The notes: generated by a model not told the origin, from the letters alone. A DNA stretch of 64,000 bases from Promethearchaeota archaeon (GCA_048939765.1 JBHLPF010000004.1:12784-76783); one strand, 5' to 3'. Positions 28,850-38,327 are shown, counted from the first letter of the stretch. Translations and numbers: made by a program.

Positions 28850-29677
28850 CTAAAGGTCGCCGACCCATGATTCATAGTCGGCTTTGATTTGAGATGCTTC
28901 GTCTGAGTCGCCAAAGTCTGCTGGATCGATGTGCAGGTCGTCCCCATCTTGGACTGCTTCGATCACCATAATGCCTGGGGCCTCGATCTTGACACCCATC
29001 TTTCCATCACGCTCAAAGCGCTCTGTGTAGACTAGGTCTGCGTTTCGGACTGCTGAGTATATTAGGTATGCAGTTTTTTGCTCAGCCGCCCCTGCAGGGG
29101 GGGCAACGACTGGCTCAGGCTCGGGCTCAGGTTCCGGCTCCTCAGTGATGGTTGTAGCAGTGATAGTGGGTGTTTCGGGAACAGTTGGCGCAGGCTCAGG
29201 CTCGGGCATAGGCGCTGGCTTGGCTGGCCTTGCCTCACTTGCTATCGGGGGGCCCGGTCCAGGATCAAATGCCAAGAATTTGTCTTCAAATTGCCATCTC
29301 CTTGTGATAGCTTCTCTGAATCTTTCAATGGCTCCGGCAACCTCAGGGTCGCCAGCATCTTTCTCTAGCATCTCGACATAGTGCGTGGATGCCATTCCAA
29401 TGTTGGTGATCCCTATACTGTGTCCTGACTTCGCAACACTCTTCCCAATTCGAAGTGCGTGCATTCGTGTGGGCATGTTTACATTGCGCCCTACAAATAC
29501 CCAGCATGTATCATTAATCTCATCAAGCACTATGATGGCAGAATCGCTATTGACTAGTGATGCATCTAGCTTGACAGGCGTTACTTCACCAGAATCATCC
29601 TGAAGCATCAACATGAATGGTTTTCTTGAAAGGGGTTTCTTCGGAATCCCGGTAACCTCCTGTAATGTTGGTCCCAA
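28850..29677 (-). CDS. Gelsolin-like domain protein: one gelsolin domain, Pro/Glu-rich linker, unknown C-terminal domain
   Basis: SLVNSDSAIIVLDEINDTCWVFVGRNVNMPTRMHALRIG fits the gelsolin L.S.D.FILD...I.VW.G pattern; PEPEP linker. Confidence 0.7.
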   Translation of the reverse strand: MGPTLQEVTGIPKKPLSRKPFMLMLQDDSGEVTPVKLDASLVNSDSAIIVLDEINDTCWVFVGRNVNMPTRMHALRIGKSVAKSGHSIGITNIGMASTHYVEMLEKDAGDPEVAGAIERFREAITRRWQFEDKFLAFDPGPGPPIASEARPAKPAPMPEPEPAPTVPETPTITATTITEEPEPEPEPEPVVAPPAGAAEQKTAYLIYSAVRNADLVYTERFERDGKMGVKIEAPGIMVIEAVQDGDDLHIDPADFGDSDEASQIKADYESWVGDL

Positions 29678-29836
29678 ACAGCCCTTCCTATACTCGCTTT
29701 TAACAAATCCTCGGACAGACTCTCAGCCCACTGTCTTGATTCTTCTTCCAGAATTTCCGCGACTCACCGAATCTCCCGCACCAAGACAGTTCTAGTATAT
29801 TATCATATCTCCTATTAACAATACATTCGAGACTAG

Positions 29837-29888
29837 TTTATATAGAGCTCCCATTATGGGAAACTTGCCCATTCTTCCCATTATGGGA
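29837..29888 (+). promoter_or_regulatory. TATA box followed by two identical palindromic operator-like sites
   Basis: TTTATATA at 29837-29844; TCCCATTATGGGA at 29849-29861 and at 29876-29888. Confidence 0.72.
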
Positions 29889-29939
29889 GTCGAATGGCCG
29901 GGACCAAAACATAGCGAACGCAATGGGTGGGTGCAAGAC

Positions 29940-30197
29940 GTGACCAGAAGCACACTAACACCCGTTCCCTGTCCAGTATGTGGAGCAGTTGTGGACGGTG
30001 TCACTGTAGATGAGGATTCTATCAAGAATGCCGAACGAGTGCCAGTGATCGTTCCCACAAAGTGTAGCAAGGGCCATGCAGTTGTGCTGTTTGTGGACAG
30101 GACCCTTACAGTAAGAGACGTTGAGGCCGCTGCTGAGGCAGTACAGGATGAAAAAGATGCTGTAGAAAAAGCACAGGGCTGGATGGACAACTTCTAG
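29940..30197 (+). CDS. Small Zn-ribbon protein (CxxC...CxxxH)
   Basis: CPVC and CSKGH followed by VVLFVD...VRDVE. GTG 29940 chosen because the longer ORF runs into the promoter. Confidence 0.75.
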   Translation: MTRSTLTPVPCPVCGAVVDGVTVDEDSIKNAERVPVIVPTKCSKGHAVVLFVDRTLTVRDVEAAAEAVQDEKDAVEKAQGWMDNF

Positions 30198-30209
30198 GTG
30201 AGAGATGCA

Positions 30210-30599
30210 ATGTTACAGGGAGTCTACATAGTGAACCATGCCGGGGAGACCCAGGCTGCAATAAACATGGGAGAATTCACGGTGGATGAAGTCCTCTTCG
30301 GAGGATTCCTCTCAGCGATTCAGATGTACACCCAACAGATGTCAGGAACTGACCTTGAGGAGCTCTCTCTGGACAAGTTTCGTATGCTAATGTCACGAAC
30401 GGAGAATTCCTTCGTAGTTAGCGTTCATGACCGAGATGACGAAGATGCAGCTGATCTGAATCGAAAGGTCAAGGCCATTCTCGATAATGGCATGGACGGT
30501 ATAATCACGGAGGACACTATAGAGATGATTCGTGAAGTTGCCCGCAGGGCCGCAGGTGCTGGCGAGCGCGCAGGAGAATGGGCTTCGAAGATGTTATAG
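30210..30599 (+). CDS. Longin-like domain protein
   Basis: MLQGVYIVNHAG...LFGGFLSAIQMY followed by three beta strands and a helix, the longin fold pattern seen in Asgard proteins. Confidence 0.78.
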   Translation: MLQGVYIVNHAGETQAAINMGEFTVDEVLFGGFLSAIQMYTQQMSGTDLEELSLDKFRMLMSRTENSFVVSVHDRDDEDAADLNRKVKAILDNGMDGIITEDTIEMIREVARRAAGAGERAGEWASKML

Positions 30600-30610
30600 G
30601 GGTGAAAGAA

Positions 30611-31996
30611 ATGCAACTACTCGTACAGGATGCATCAGAACTTCTGATGGCAGTGACATTGATTCTTGCAGCCATCATTCTAACTCGATATACAAGGCTT
30701 CGGACCGCCGACCTTCCTCCTGAAGAGAGAGGGGCGGGTCAGCCGCTATATCTGTCAGCGTTAGGAATCTTGACGCTGGCAGTGGCTTCGTTCTTGAACT
30801 ATCAGCTTCCACTTGATGCTGCTGCTTCAGTGTTGACTGCAACATATTATGTTACAACAATGCTAGCAGCCGCACTATTCGCTATTGCAGCTCTCATGAT
30901 ATTGGAGTGGAGGCGAGCTATAGTCGTTCCAGTAGTGATGCTAGTCCTCGGAACTGTCTATACATACGCGATCGTATTCATGGAAATGACTGTGAGCTTT
31001 GGCATGGTGGTAGGGCCAATATCCCTGATTCTCAACCTTGTACCGATTGGGCTATTTGCCTATTTGGCACATAAGACCAAGAGAATCACAGCAATTGCTC
31101 TACTATTCCTTATCGTTTCTTACATCATATATCCAATGGCAAGCACGTCGATTGATCCTTCAATGATTGCGGCACTACTTGGAATTCGGCTTTTGGGTCC
31201 AGCTCTGGCGATTTGGGCTTTTCTCAAGCCTGATCTCGGCGTTTCCATTGAGCTCTTTGGCTATGCTCTGTCCATCAACATAGTCGCGTTCTTTCTCTCC
31301 TATGTTGTAGCGATTGGCTTTGGAGATGCAATACTTTCAATCTCGGTGAGTCTTCTTGCCCTGTTGGCTGTTGTAGGATTTGCGACGAGTACATTCACAT
31401 TTTCTAGATTCCGTGAGCGACGAAATCCTGCAACTGGTCTGTTGGCGGTCTATTTCATTGTAGGGTCTGTGAGCTACATCATCGTTGCTCTCACCTATCT
31501 CGGTGCATTGACTGGCGCCATGAATGACTACACTAGCTCAATACTTGGCCTTATGGCCATGATGTTCCTCAACCTCAGTGCCTTTGTTGCTCTTGATTGG
31601 CGACGAATACTACTGCTTCCAATTGTGATTGCCGCACCAGCCATTGTCTTCATGATGATGAACTATCCGACCCCGATTGACGACATTGCTGGTTATGGGG
31701 CTTTCTTTGGAATGACAAACATGATTCAGAACATGGTTCCACTTGGACTGTATTTCTTGCTCTGGTACAGGATGAGGAAAGCAGATGCTATGGGAAGAAG
31801 CAGGCCCCTGTTTCTTGGTCTTGGACTTATCCTCCTAGCCGTTGGTAGCGTGATTGGTATGTTCACTCAAGGTGAGTTCACATCCGTTGGACTCGTTCCA
31901 AGCTCAACGTTGCTTCTTGCATACGTTGTGTTCTGGCTGGGTGTCACTGGCCGAGCCGACCAGCTCCTAGGCACATTTCGTCCGGAGGCACTATGA
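30611..31996 (+). CDS. Polytopic membrane protein, about 15 TM, with an internal 7TM duplication
   Basis: 15 hydrophobic segments counted by eye; paired motifs EWRRAIVVP/DWRRILLLP and NLVPIGLF/NMVPLGLY. Confidence 0.8.
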   Translation: MQLLVQDASELLMAVTLILAAIILTRYTRLRTADLPPEERGAGQPLYLSALGILTLAVASFLNYQLPLDAAASVLTATYYVTTMLAAALFAIAALMILEWRRAIVVPVVMLVLGTVYTYAIVFMEMTVSFGMVVGPISLILNLVPIGLFAYLAHKTKRITAIALLFLIVSYIIYPMASTSIDPSMIAALLGIRLLGPALAIWAFLKPDLGVSIELFGYALSINIVAFFLSYVVAIGFGDAILSISVSLLALLAVVGFATSTFTFSRFRERRNPATGLLAVYFIVGSVSYIIVALTYLGALTGAMNDYTSSILGLMAMMFLNLSAFVALDWRRILLLPIVIAAPAIVFMMMNYPTPIDDIAGYGAFFGMTNMIQNMVPLGLYFLLWYRMRKADAMGRSRPLFLGLGLILLAVGSVIGMFTQGEFTSVGLVPSSTLLLAYVVFWLGVTGRADQLLGTFRPEAL

Positions 31997-31997
31997 A

Positions 31998-32516
31998 ATG
32001 GCACTTCGAAGCCCAATCTACAAGATGGTTCTAATTGGCGAAGGCGGCGTTGGCAAGACCAGCATCACTGTTCGCTACACTGAGGACCGATTCGATGAAC
32101 AAATGAAGATGACAATAGGAGTCAACTTCGCATCAAAGGAGGTTGTTCTCGACGATGGGAGTGTCCGGCTTATGCTCTGGGATCTTGGGGGTCAGCCCAG
32201 ATTCAGGGATGTAGTCTCCGGATACTTCAAGGGGGCAAGAGTAGCTCTTGCTGTCTATGATGCAAACAGGTACTTCTCTCTTGAACGTCTCACTGATTGG
32301 ATAAGTCGTGTGAGAGAGAATGCTCCTGACTGTCAACTCATCTTTGTTGGAAACAAAATCGATGAAAGGCAGAATGGCCAAGGCGTGCCTCTAGAAGAGG
32401 GGCGAGAGTTCGCCGTGAAATACGGAGCCGCCTGTGTAGAAGTATCTGCAAAAACAGGAGAGGGTATCTCAGAGCTGTTTGAGGTCGTCGCTCGTTCTCT
32501 AGCGAGCGAAAATTGA
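31998..32516 (+). CDS. Rab-like small GTPase (Ras superfamily)
   Basis: G1 GEGGVGKT, G2 TIGVNF, G3 WDLGGQ, G4 NKID, G5 SAK; no C-terminal Cys. Confidence 0.95.
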   Translation: MALRSPIYKMVLIGEGGVGKTSITVRYTEDRFDEQMKMTIGVNFASKEVVLDDGSVRLMLWDLGGQPRFRDVVSGYFKGARVALAVYDANRYFSLERLTDWISRVRENAPDCQLIFVGNKIDERQNGQGVPLEEGREFAVKYGAACVEVSAKTGEGISELFEVVARSLASEN

Positions 32517-32706
32517 ATTGCAGGCTCTGGGGGCCCTCTCACCTTTCACCCCTCCTCCCTCCTCTCATTTCTACTCCACAGAGAATACTCCATTAGATAG
32601 GGATGTCCCTCCAGACTCAGATAGAAACTATAGAAATAGAATGATAGGACTGGCGCCTGACTCCCATGTCGGGCTCAGCCCTGATGGGGTTTAAAGATGT
32701 GTTCGG

Positions 32707-32871
32707 CTAGGTCATCGCGAATCTAGGACACTTTTCCTTGTTGATTCCCGGTGTTTCACAGGGCTTTTGCATACCTGTGTAGAATTTGAAGCCATCTACC
32801 CCGCATTTGCCTTCTGCAGCATTGTATTCTGGACAAGTCATCAGTAGATTCACCAACACGGTCTTAGTCAC
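32707..32871 (-). CDS. Small four-Cys protein (54 aa)
   Basis: GTG start after purine-rich GAAAGGGGAC; TCPEY...KC...PC...KCPRF. Confidence 0.55.
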   Translation of the reverse strand: MTKTVLVNLLMTCPEYNAAEGKCGVDGFKFYTGMQKPCETPGINKEKCPRFAMT

Positions 32872-33019
32872 GACTCGGTCCCCTTTCTGAGATCCGAGTG
32901 ACTTCGAGGAGTATTCCCTCTGAGGGCACATATTAAGCTATTTTGGCTCTCCCTATACCTAGTGTTTTCCACCGCGAATCAGCGTTTAGCGCATGCTATC
33001 TGTTTAGTATGCCCTTCTA

Positions 33020-33829
33020 CTAAAATAGTCCTCGTTCATTGAGTACAGTACGCATCAATGAAGGCTCGTCCGTGAAGATGCCATCCACCTCCATATCCGT
33101 TAGCCACTCCATTGTGTGCCTGTCATTTATTGTCCACACGTGGACAGCTATGTTCCGTTTATGGGCCTCCTGTACGAATTTAGGAGAAACGACTTGTATT
33201 GCTCCGTACTTAATCGGAACCTGAAATGCACGAAACCTGAGATGGGAGCTAAAGACCCTGATAGCATGAAGTCTCAATCCAATGACAAATCTCCGAACCT
33301 CTTTTGGGTGTGCACACGTCGCCACGTCTGGAAGGATCCTTCGGAATCTCTCTAGCTGTTTTGGTATGAACGATGCTATCACGACAGATTCATGTCTGTT
33401 ATATTCCTCAATGGCCTTGGCCAGCTTCTCTGATGCTGCGGTATTTGTGTCCTTCATGTCTATGTTGATTCTTGTATCCGGAAACGTTTCAAACGCTTCC
33501 TCAATAGTTACTATTTGGAATCCTTTTCCTCTGAAAGGAAAGGTCTGTCCATCCAAGGAGTATGAGTGGCCAAGATCCAACTTCCGTAGTTCAGCGAGTG
33601 TCCGTTGGCTGACGCTGCCTGAAATTCCTGTGGTCCGCTTGAGATCCTCATCATGAAACAAGACCAACTGGTTGTCCTTAGTCAGTCTGACATCTGTTTC
33701 CAGTGAGTCTGCTCCTATCTGCAGTGCAGCTCTCATCGCTTCTAGGCTGTTCTCAGGCGCCTGATTGGGGTCACCCCGATGAGCCATTATCAAAGGACGC
33801 TTCTGTCCGAAGAACCATTCATCTGTCAT
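33020..33829 (-). CDS. Glycerophosphodiester phosphodiesterase
   Basis: AHRG, PENS, ETDVRLTKD, FHD, WTIN, DGIFTD; ATG 33829 preferred. Confidence 0.93.
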   Translation of the reverse strand: MTDEWFFGQKRPLIMAHRGDPNQAPENSLEAMRAALQIGADSLETDVRLTKDNQLVLFHDEDLKRTTGISGSVSQRTLAELRKLDLGHSYSLDGQTFPFRGKGFQIVTIEEAFETFPDTRINIDMKDTNTAASEKLAKAIEEYNRHESVVIASFIPKQLERFRRILPDVATCAHPKEVRRFVIGLRLHAIRVFSSHLRFRAFQVPIKYGAIQVVSPKFVQEAHKRNIAVHVWTINDRHTMEWLTDMEVDGIFTDEPSLMRTVLNERGLF

Positions 33830-33943
33830 TGTACATCTCTGTTGCAGACTGATGCTTAAGTGATGTGCTATGTTGAGTGCCATGCTGAGGAATCTGACAA
33901 AGTAAAAATGGACAGATGTAGATAATGGTTTCAGTGGAGTATT

Positions 33944-35164
33944 GTGACTGAAGGTCGAAAGAAGCTAGTCACGCTAGTGTTTGTACTAATCGCCATCTTT
34001 AGCAACTACTTGATTATCACCCTCCTTCCAGCGGAACAGTACCAGGGATGGGTTGCACGTGAGGGAGATGAGGTTGAGTACTATGTTGAGGCAGAACTCA
34101 ATTCGGGATCAACATATGTGGCGAGTCTATTGGATGACTATGGGCTATCTTCTGGTTCCACCTTATCTGTCCGTGCAACCAAAGTCCCTACAGATGTCAA
34201 TGTTTCTGCAATAGCAGGATATCTCTTGACCTTGAATGGCATCGTGCAGATAGAACAACGGACTGGTCAGGAATGGGTTCACAGGAACTCAAGTCTGCCG
34301 TTCTTCCTTCCTGTGGGTTATTGGGAGTCAATTGAAACGACCCTGGGCGAACAAATGGATGTGACTATAGAACAGGAGTGGTGGGGAGAGATGAGTCTCA
34401 CCGCATCACATAGCTCTTCAGAACTGGGAAATGTTGGCCTATTTCTAGCTTGGGGGATTACAGACGGTGTGCTCCAAGGTATGGCCATTAACGCATCAGC
34501 TCCGGATGGATGGGACTTCGTGCGATTGGCACTCTCAGGTCAACGTCTTGCGTACGAAACGGATTTGAATTGGCTCAGCCGTTCTATCGGTCGAACTCTG
34601 ATCAGCTTGCTTCTAATAGCTGGTGCTTTCGGGCCAGTCATTCTCATAGGACTGCTATGGAAATTGGAAATCAGGGCACGACTGACCAAACCACTGACTG
34701 GGACCTTGGCAGAGCGTCTTGAAATATATGGCAGAGAATACCTATTTGTCTGGAGTCTAGGTGTCTTAATCTCTGCATTGTCGGGCATTATATCCATCCA
34801 ATTCATCGAGGAGTCGATTTCACCGGTCATTCAGTCATATCTTCTCTCAATCTTGCTGGGCACACTAGTTTCCCTGTACAGAGCACGAAGGATAGATAGT
34901 CCTGCTGCTCCACTCGAAGTCATTCAGTATTGTGTCACATGTGTGGCTGTTTCAATATCCGGCCTCTTCATAGTCAATCCAAGCGAGGTAGCTGACCCAG
35001 TCGCATATGCTCTGCCTCTAGTACTGATGGTGATCATGATGGCTATGCTTTTCCTTATGCATCCTCTGAGAGCCCTCAGGTCTAGAATAGAACTGGAGTC
35101 GGATGAACTGGTGTATGCTTCACCTAATGAGAATGATGACTATCCAAACGAGTATTCCTTGTAA
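33944..35164 (+). CDS. Hypothetical membrane protein (N-terminal TM, extracellular domain, about 5 C-terminal TMs)
   Basis: Hydropathy pattern; WVAREGDEVEY start of the ectodomain. Confidence 0.7.
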   Translation: MTEGRKKLVTLVFVLIAIFSNYLIITLLPAEQYQGWVAREGDEVEYYVEAELNSGSTYVASLLDDYGLSSGSTLSVRATKVPTDVNVSAIAGYLLTLNGIVQIEQRTGQEWVHRNSSLPFFLPVGYWESIETTLGEQMDVTIEQEWWGEMSLTASHSSSELGNVGLFLAWGITDGVLQGMAINASAPDGWDFVRLALSGQRLAYETDLNWLSRSIGRTLISLLLIAGAFGPVILIGLLWKLEIRARLTKPLTGTLAERLEIYGREYLFVWSLGVLISALSGIISIQFIEESISPVIQSYLLSILLGTLVSLYRARRIDSPAAPLEVIQYCVTCVAVSISGLFIVNPSEVADPVAYALPLVLMVIMMAMLFLMHPLRALRSRIELESDELVYASPNENDDYPNEYSL

Positions 35165-35574
35165 TCGCCATGGAATTCCGTTGGCATTTCACGAAGGATT
35201 GCTACAAGACGATCTGTTGCCTTTGCTGTCTTCAATAACCTGGGCATATTGCCTTTGATCTTGAGCTTGCGAGTGATGAACGCCCTGTTGGCACTGATTT
35301 TACCAAGCAGAATGTCCACCCACACACGATAGGGTGCGCTCAAGATGAAAGAGGTTTCACGCTCACCTGTCCAGATATCCGTCATCTTGCCTTCTGCTAT
35401 CTCAAATCCCACTACTCTTGTGTCCTCAACCCCCTTGTCGGGCTCCGCCTGCAATACGAGAGTGTAGGAGTCATTGACAGCTGATGCGAGATTCATGTAC
35501 TCCTCGTCTTTGTTGAGATTCTCCTTGAATAGCTCCAGATACCTGTCATTACCGAGCTCCATTCTATCCGCCAT
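35140..35574 (-). CDS. SCP2 sterol/lipid-binding domain protein
   Basis: WVDILLGKISANRAFITRKLKIKGNM SCP2 signature. Confidence 0.85.
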   Translation of the reverse strand: MADRMELGNDRYLELFKENLNKDEEYMNLASAVNDSYTLVLQAEPDKGVEDTRVVGFEIAEGKMTDIWTGERETSFILSAPYRVWVDILLGKISANRAFITRKLKIKGNMPRLLKTAKATDRLVAILREMPTEFHGDYKEYSFG

Positions 35575-35588
35575 TTCATTTCCTCCTT

Positions 35589-36602
35589 TCATATCTCCAC
35601 AAGCACTTTCACTTCATTACTCTCAGGCTGGGTCAGTGCTTTGAACCCTTCCTCGACAATATCATCCAGAGGGATAACCTTCGTGATATAAGGCGTCGGG
35701 TCAATTGTCCTGTTGCCCAACAAGTCAATCGCTTCTTGGAACTCTGCGTATCCCAAATAACTGAACTGTACAGTCAGTTCGTTCAGAACGCCCGTCATGA
35801 AGTCTGCTTCCACAGGCTCTTCGCTTATTCCTATAATCAGTATTGTCCCTCCTCTCTTTACCAACTGAAAGGCGTCTGCAGTTGGTCCGGGCGCACCTGT
35901 ACATTCCACCACTAGGTCTACTCCCATGCCTGCTGTGAGAGCCTCTATCCTCAGAGACACTGACTCATTCTTCGCATTGATGACTGACTCTATTCCCGCC
36001 TCTCTTGCCATTTCTAATCTCCCTTGTTTGATTTCAGAAGCATAGATTGCAGACGCTCCTTTGAATCTAGCATACTGTAGACTCAGTAGTCCTATTGGGC
36101 CTGTCCCTTGGACAAGAACCGTTTCTCCAGACTTGAAGGCTGTTCTTCTGAAGCCTCTGACTACTATAGAGAGTGGCTCGACAAAGGCCCCGGTCTTGTA
36201 GTCGATTGAATCGGGCAGGTGGTATAGGACGACTTCAGGCAGAGCAACAAGCTCAGCTAATCCTCCATTCATGGATATCCCTACCATCTGCATATCTTCG
36301 CAAATCGAATGCCTATTCTTCGTACAGAAGGTGCATCTGCCACAAGGAATCAAGGGATTTGGAACCACTCTATCTCCCCTCTTCCATTTGCTCACCCTCT
36401 CTCCCACATCCACGACTTCTCCTGTGAACTCGTGACCCATGATAAGGCCGCCCTCGTACATCCCATATTCCCATGCACTCAGGTCTGTGCCACAGATGCC
36501 TACATACTTCGGTTTCACTAACACATCAGCGGATCCCACCTCAGGCTCTGGAACATCTTTTACTTGGATGTCGTCTGCCCCCTCGTAGACTGCCGCCTTC
36601 AA
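35589..36602 (-). CDS. Zn-dependent MDR alcohol dehydrogenase (butanediol/threonine dehydrogenase-like)
   Basis: GICGTD, GHEFTG, CGRCTFC...C, GTGPIG. Confidence 0.92.
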   Translation of the reverse strand: MKAAVYEGADDIQVKDVPEPEVGSADVLVKPKYVGICGTDLSAWEYGMYEGGLIMGHEFTGEVVDVGERVSKWKRGDRVVPNPLIPCGRCTFCTKNRHSICEDMQMVGISMNGGLAELVALPEVVLYHLPDSIDYKTGAFVEPLSIVVRGFRRTAFKSGETVLVQGTGPIGLLSLQYARFKGASAIYASEIKQGRLEMAREAGIESVINAKNESVSLRIEALTAGMGVDLVVECTGAPGPTADAFQLVKRGGTILIIGISEEPVEADFMTGVLNELTVQFSYLGYAEFQEAIDLLGNRTIDPTPYITKVIPLDDIVEEGFKALTQPESNEVKVLVEI

Positions 36603-38327
36603 TTACTCATCACCTGGTAGCTGGCAGCCCTCGAGCCACAGAGATGCCACGGAGTCAAAGTCAGGTGGCTTAAGATTGATGTCAGGATCAATGACAACAT
36701 CAATGACTGAAGGCAGTCCTGATTCCTTTGCTTTCTCAAGAGCCTCTGTAATGTCTTCGGGCTTTTCCACTCTTATTCCAAAACAGCCCATTGACTCTGC
36801 AATCTTATCATATCTGACATCAACGAAGTCGACTCCTACATATCTTTCATCGTAGAGACCTCTCTGACCTGCCTTAATCATGCCGTATGCTCTATCATTC
36901 GCCACTATGACTGTGAACGCGACTCTCGCACGGCGAGCGGTTTCGAGCTCCTGTACATTGAACATGAATGCTCCGTCACCGGAGATAACGTACACATCCT
37001 TATCGGGATGGGCAAGTTTCGACCCAATTGCATATCCAGTACCTACTCCGAGATGCCCTGAGTCTGAAGGCCAAAGAAAGGTCCTAGGTTCATAGATTCT
37101 GTTTAGGTAGTTGGCCCACACAACAATGTTGCCGCCATCAGCAATTGATATTGCATCTCGCGGGTAGAACTCACGAACTGCCTGTACTAGCTTGAGCGGA
37201 TGGATTGGTACATCGTTTGATTTGCCCTGTTCCATGAAGTCCTCAAGCCAATTCTCTTGAGCCTCGCTGCAATCCGCCATCTCCGGTCTCGGTTTAGCTT
37301 TTGGATTCTTCTTTAGTATCTTAAGCAGCTCTGCGAGAGTGGTTTTCGCATCTCCTACAATGGCCAGATCAACGACTCGGTTTAGAGCGATCATCTCGGG
37401 AGCGATATCAATCTGAATCAATTTCTGGTCTGCGCATTCACCCCATGCAGGCGTTCTTCCCCAGAAATCCAGATCGCCCAGTTTTCCTCCCACAAGGAGC
37501 ACAAGATCTGACTGACATTGAGCCCCAATAGCGCCGAAACTGGCTGGATAGAGTGAGAGTGGATGATCCTCAGGAATTGAGCCTCTGGCTCCTACTGAAG
37601 TTGTGACAGGAGCTTGTAGATGTTCTGCAACTGCAATCAGCTCTTGTGAGGCTTCAGACGCCAAGACCCCACCACCAGCATGAATCAAAGGAAACTGCGC
37701 TTTGACTAACATATCTGCGGCCTTTGCTATCAGGTCGAGGTTTCCCACAGGCCTGTGAGTTGCTCTGTATTGCTCTTTAGGCACAATTCCGTCTTCCAAA
37801 GTGCTATCATCGCACTTGAGATAGAGGATATCAGCGGGAATATCGATAAAGACAGGGCCTGGCTTTCCTGCGACGGCCTCTCTGAATGCCCAGTGAACAA
37901 GATGTGGAATCCTCTGCCAATGTGAAACTGTAGCACCCCATTTAGTAATTGGTTTGAATAGATTGAGCTGGTCAAGACCCTGCGAACTACCATGGTCTGG
38001 ATGGATTCTCCACGATTGGTTTTGAGCGCAAATCACGATCATTGGGATGCTGTCCGCAAATGCAGGGTAGACGCCCGGCACAAGATCGGCTGCTCCAGGT
38101 CCAACCGTACCTAGACATACGCCTGGATTTCCAGTTGTTCTAGCCCATGCATCTGCAGCATGAGCCGCAGCCTGTTCGTGTCTAAATGTTATGAACTCAA
38201 TCCCATCTGAGGTGTGCAACGAGTCAAGTAATGGGTACAGCTGATCGCCGGGTACACCGAAGACGTACTTGACACCTTCCTCAATGAGACACCTGGCGAG
38301 AACCTCGCCGCCTGTCGACATAGTCAT
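36603..38327 (-). CDS. ThDP-dependent enzyme of the acetolactate synthase / 2-hydroxyacyl-CoA lyase superfamily
   Basis: FGVPG, RHEQAA, GPG, GKPGPV, GDGAFMF...ND. Confidence 0.9.
   Translation of the reverse strand: MTMSTGGEVLARCLIEEGVKYVFGVPGDQLYPLLDSLHTSDGIEFITFRHEQAAAHAADAWARTTGNPGVCLGTVGPGAADLVPGVYPAFADSIPMIVICAQNQSWRIHPDHGSSQGLDQLNLFKPITKWGATVSHWQRIPHLVHWAFREAVAGKPGPVFIDIPADILYLKCDDSTLEDGIVPKEQYRATHRPVGNLDLIAKAADMLVKAQFPLIHAGGGVLASEASQELIAVAEHLQAPVTTSVGARGSIPEDHPLSLYPASFGAIGAQCQSDLVLLVGGKLGDLDFWGRTPAWGECADQKLIQIDIAPEMIALNRVVDLAIVGDAKTTLAELLKILKKNPKAKPRPEMADCSEAQENWLEDFMEQGKSNDVPIHPLKLVQAVREFYPRDAISIADGGNIVVWANYLNRIYEPRTFLWPSDSGHLGVGTGYAIGSKLAHPDKDVYVISGDGAFMFNVQELETARRARVAFTVIVANDRAYGMIKAGQRGLYDERYVGVDFVDVRYDKIAESMGCFGIRVEKPEDITEALEKAKESGLPSVIDVVIDPDINLKPPDFDSVASLWLEGCQLPGDE

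Noticed and set aside
32561-32574. CTCTCATTTC(C)TAC shared with 57584-57597 as a possible dispersed repeat or MITE
   Set aside because: Match is short and low-complexity, with no terminal inverted repeats or target-site duplication
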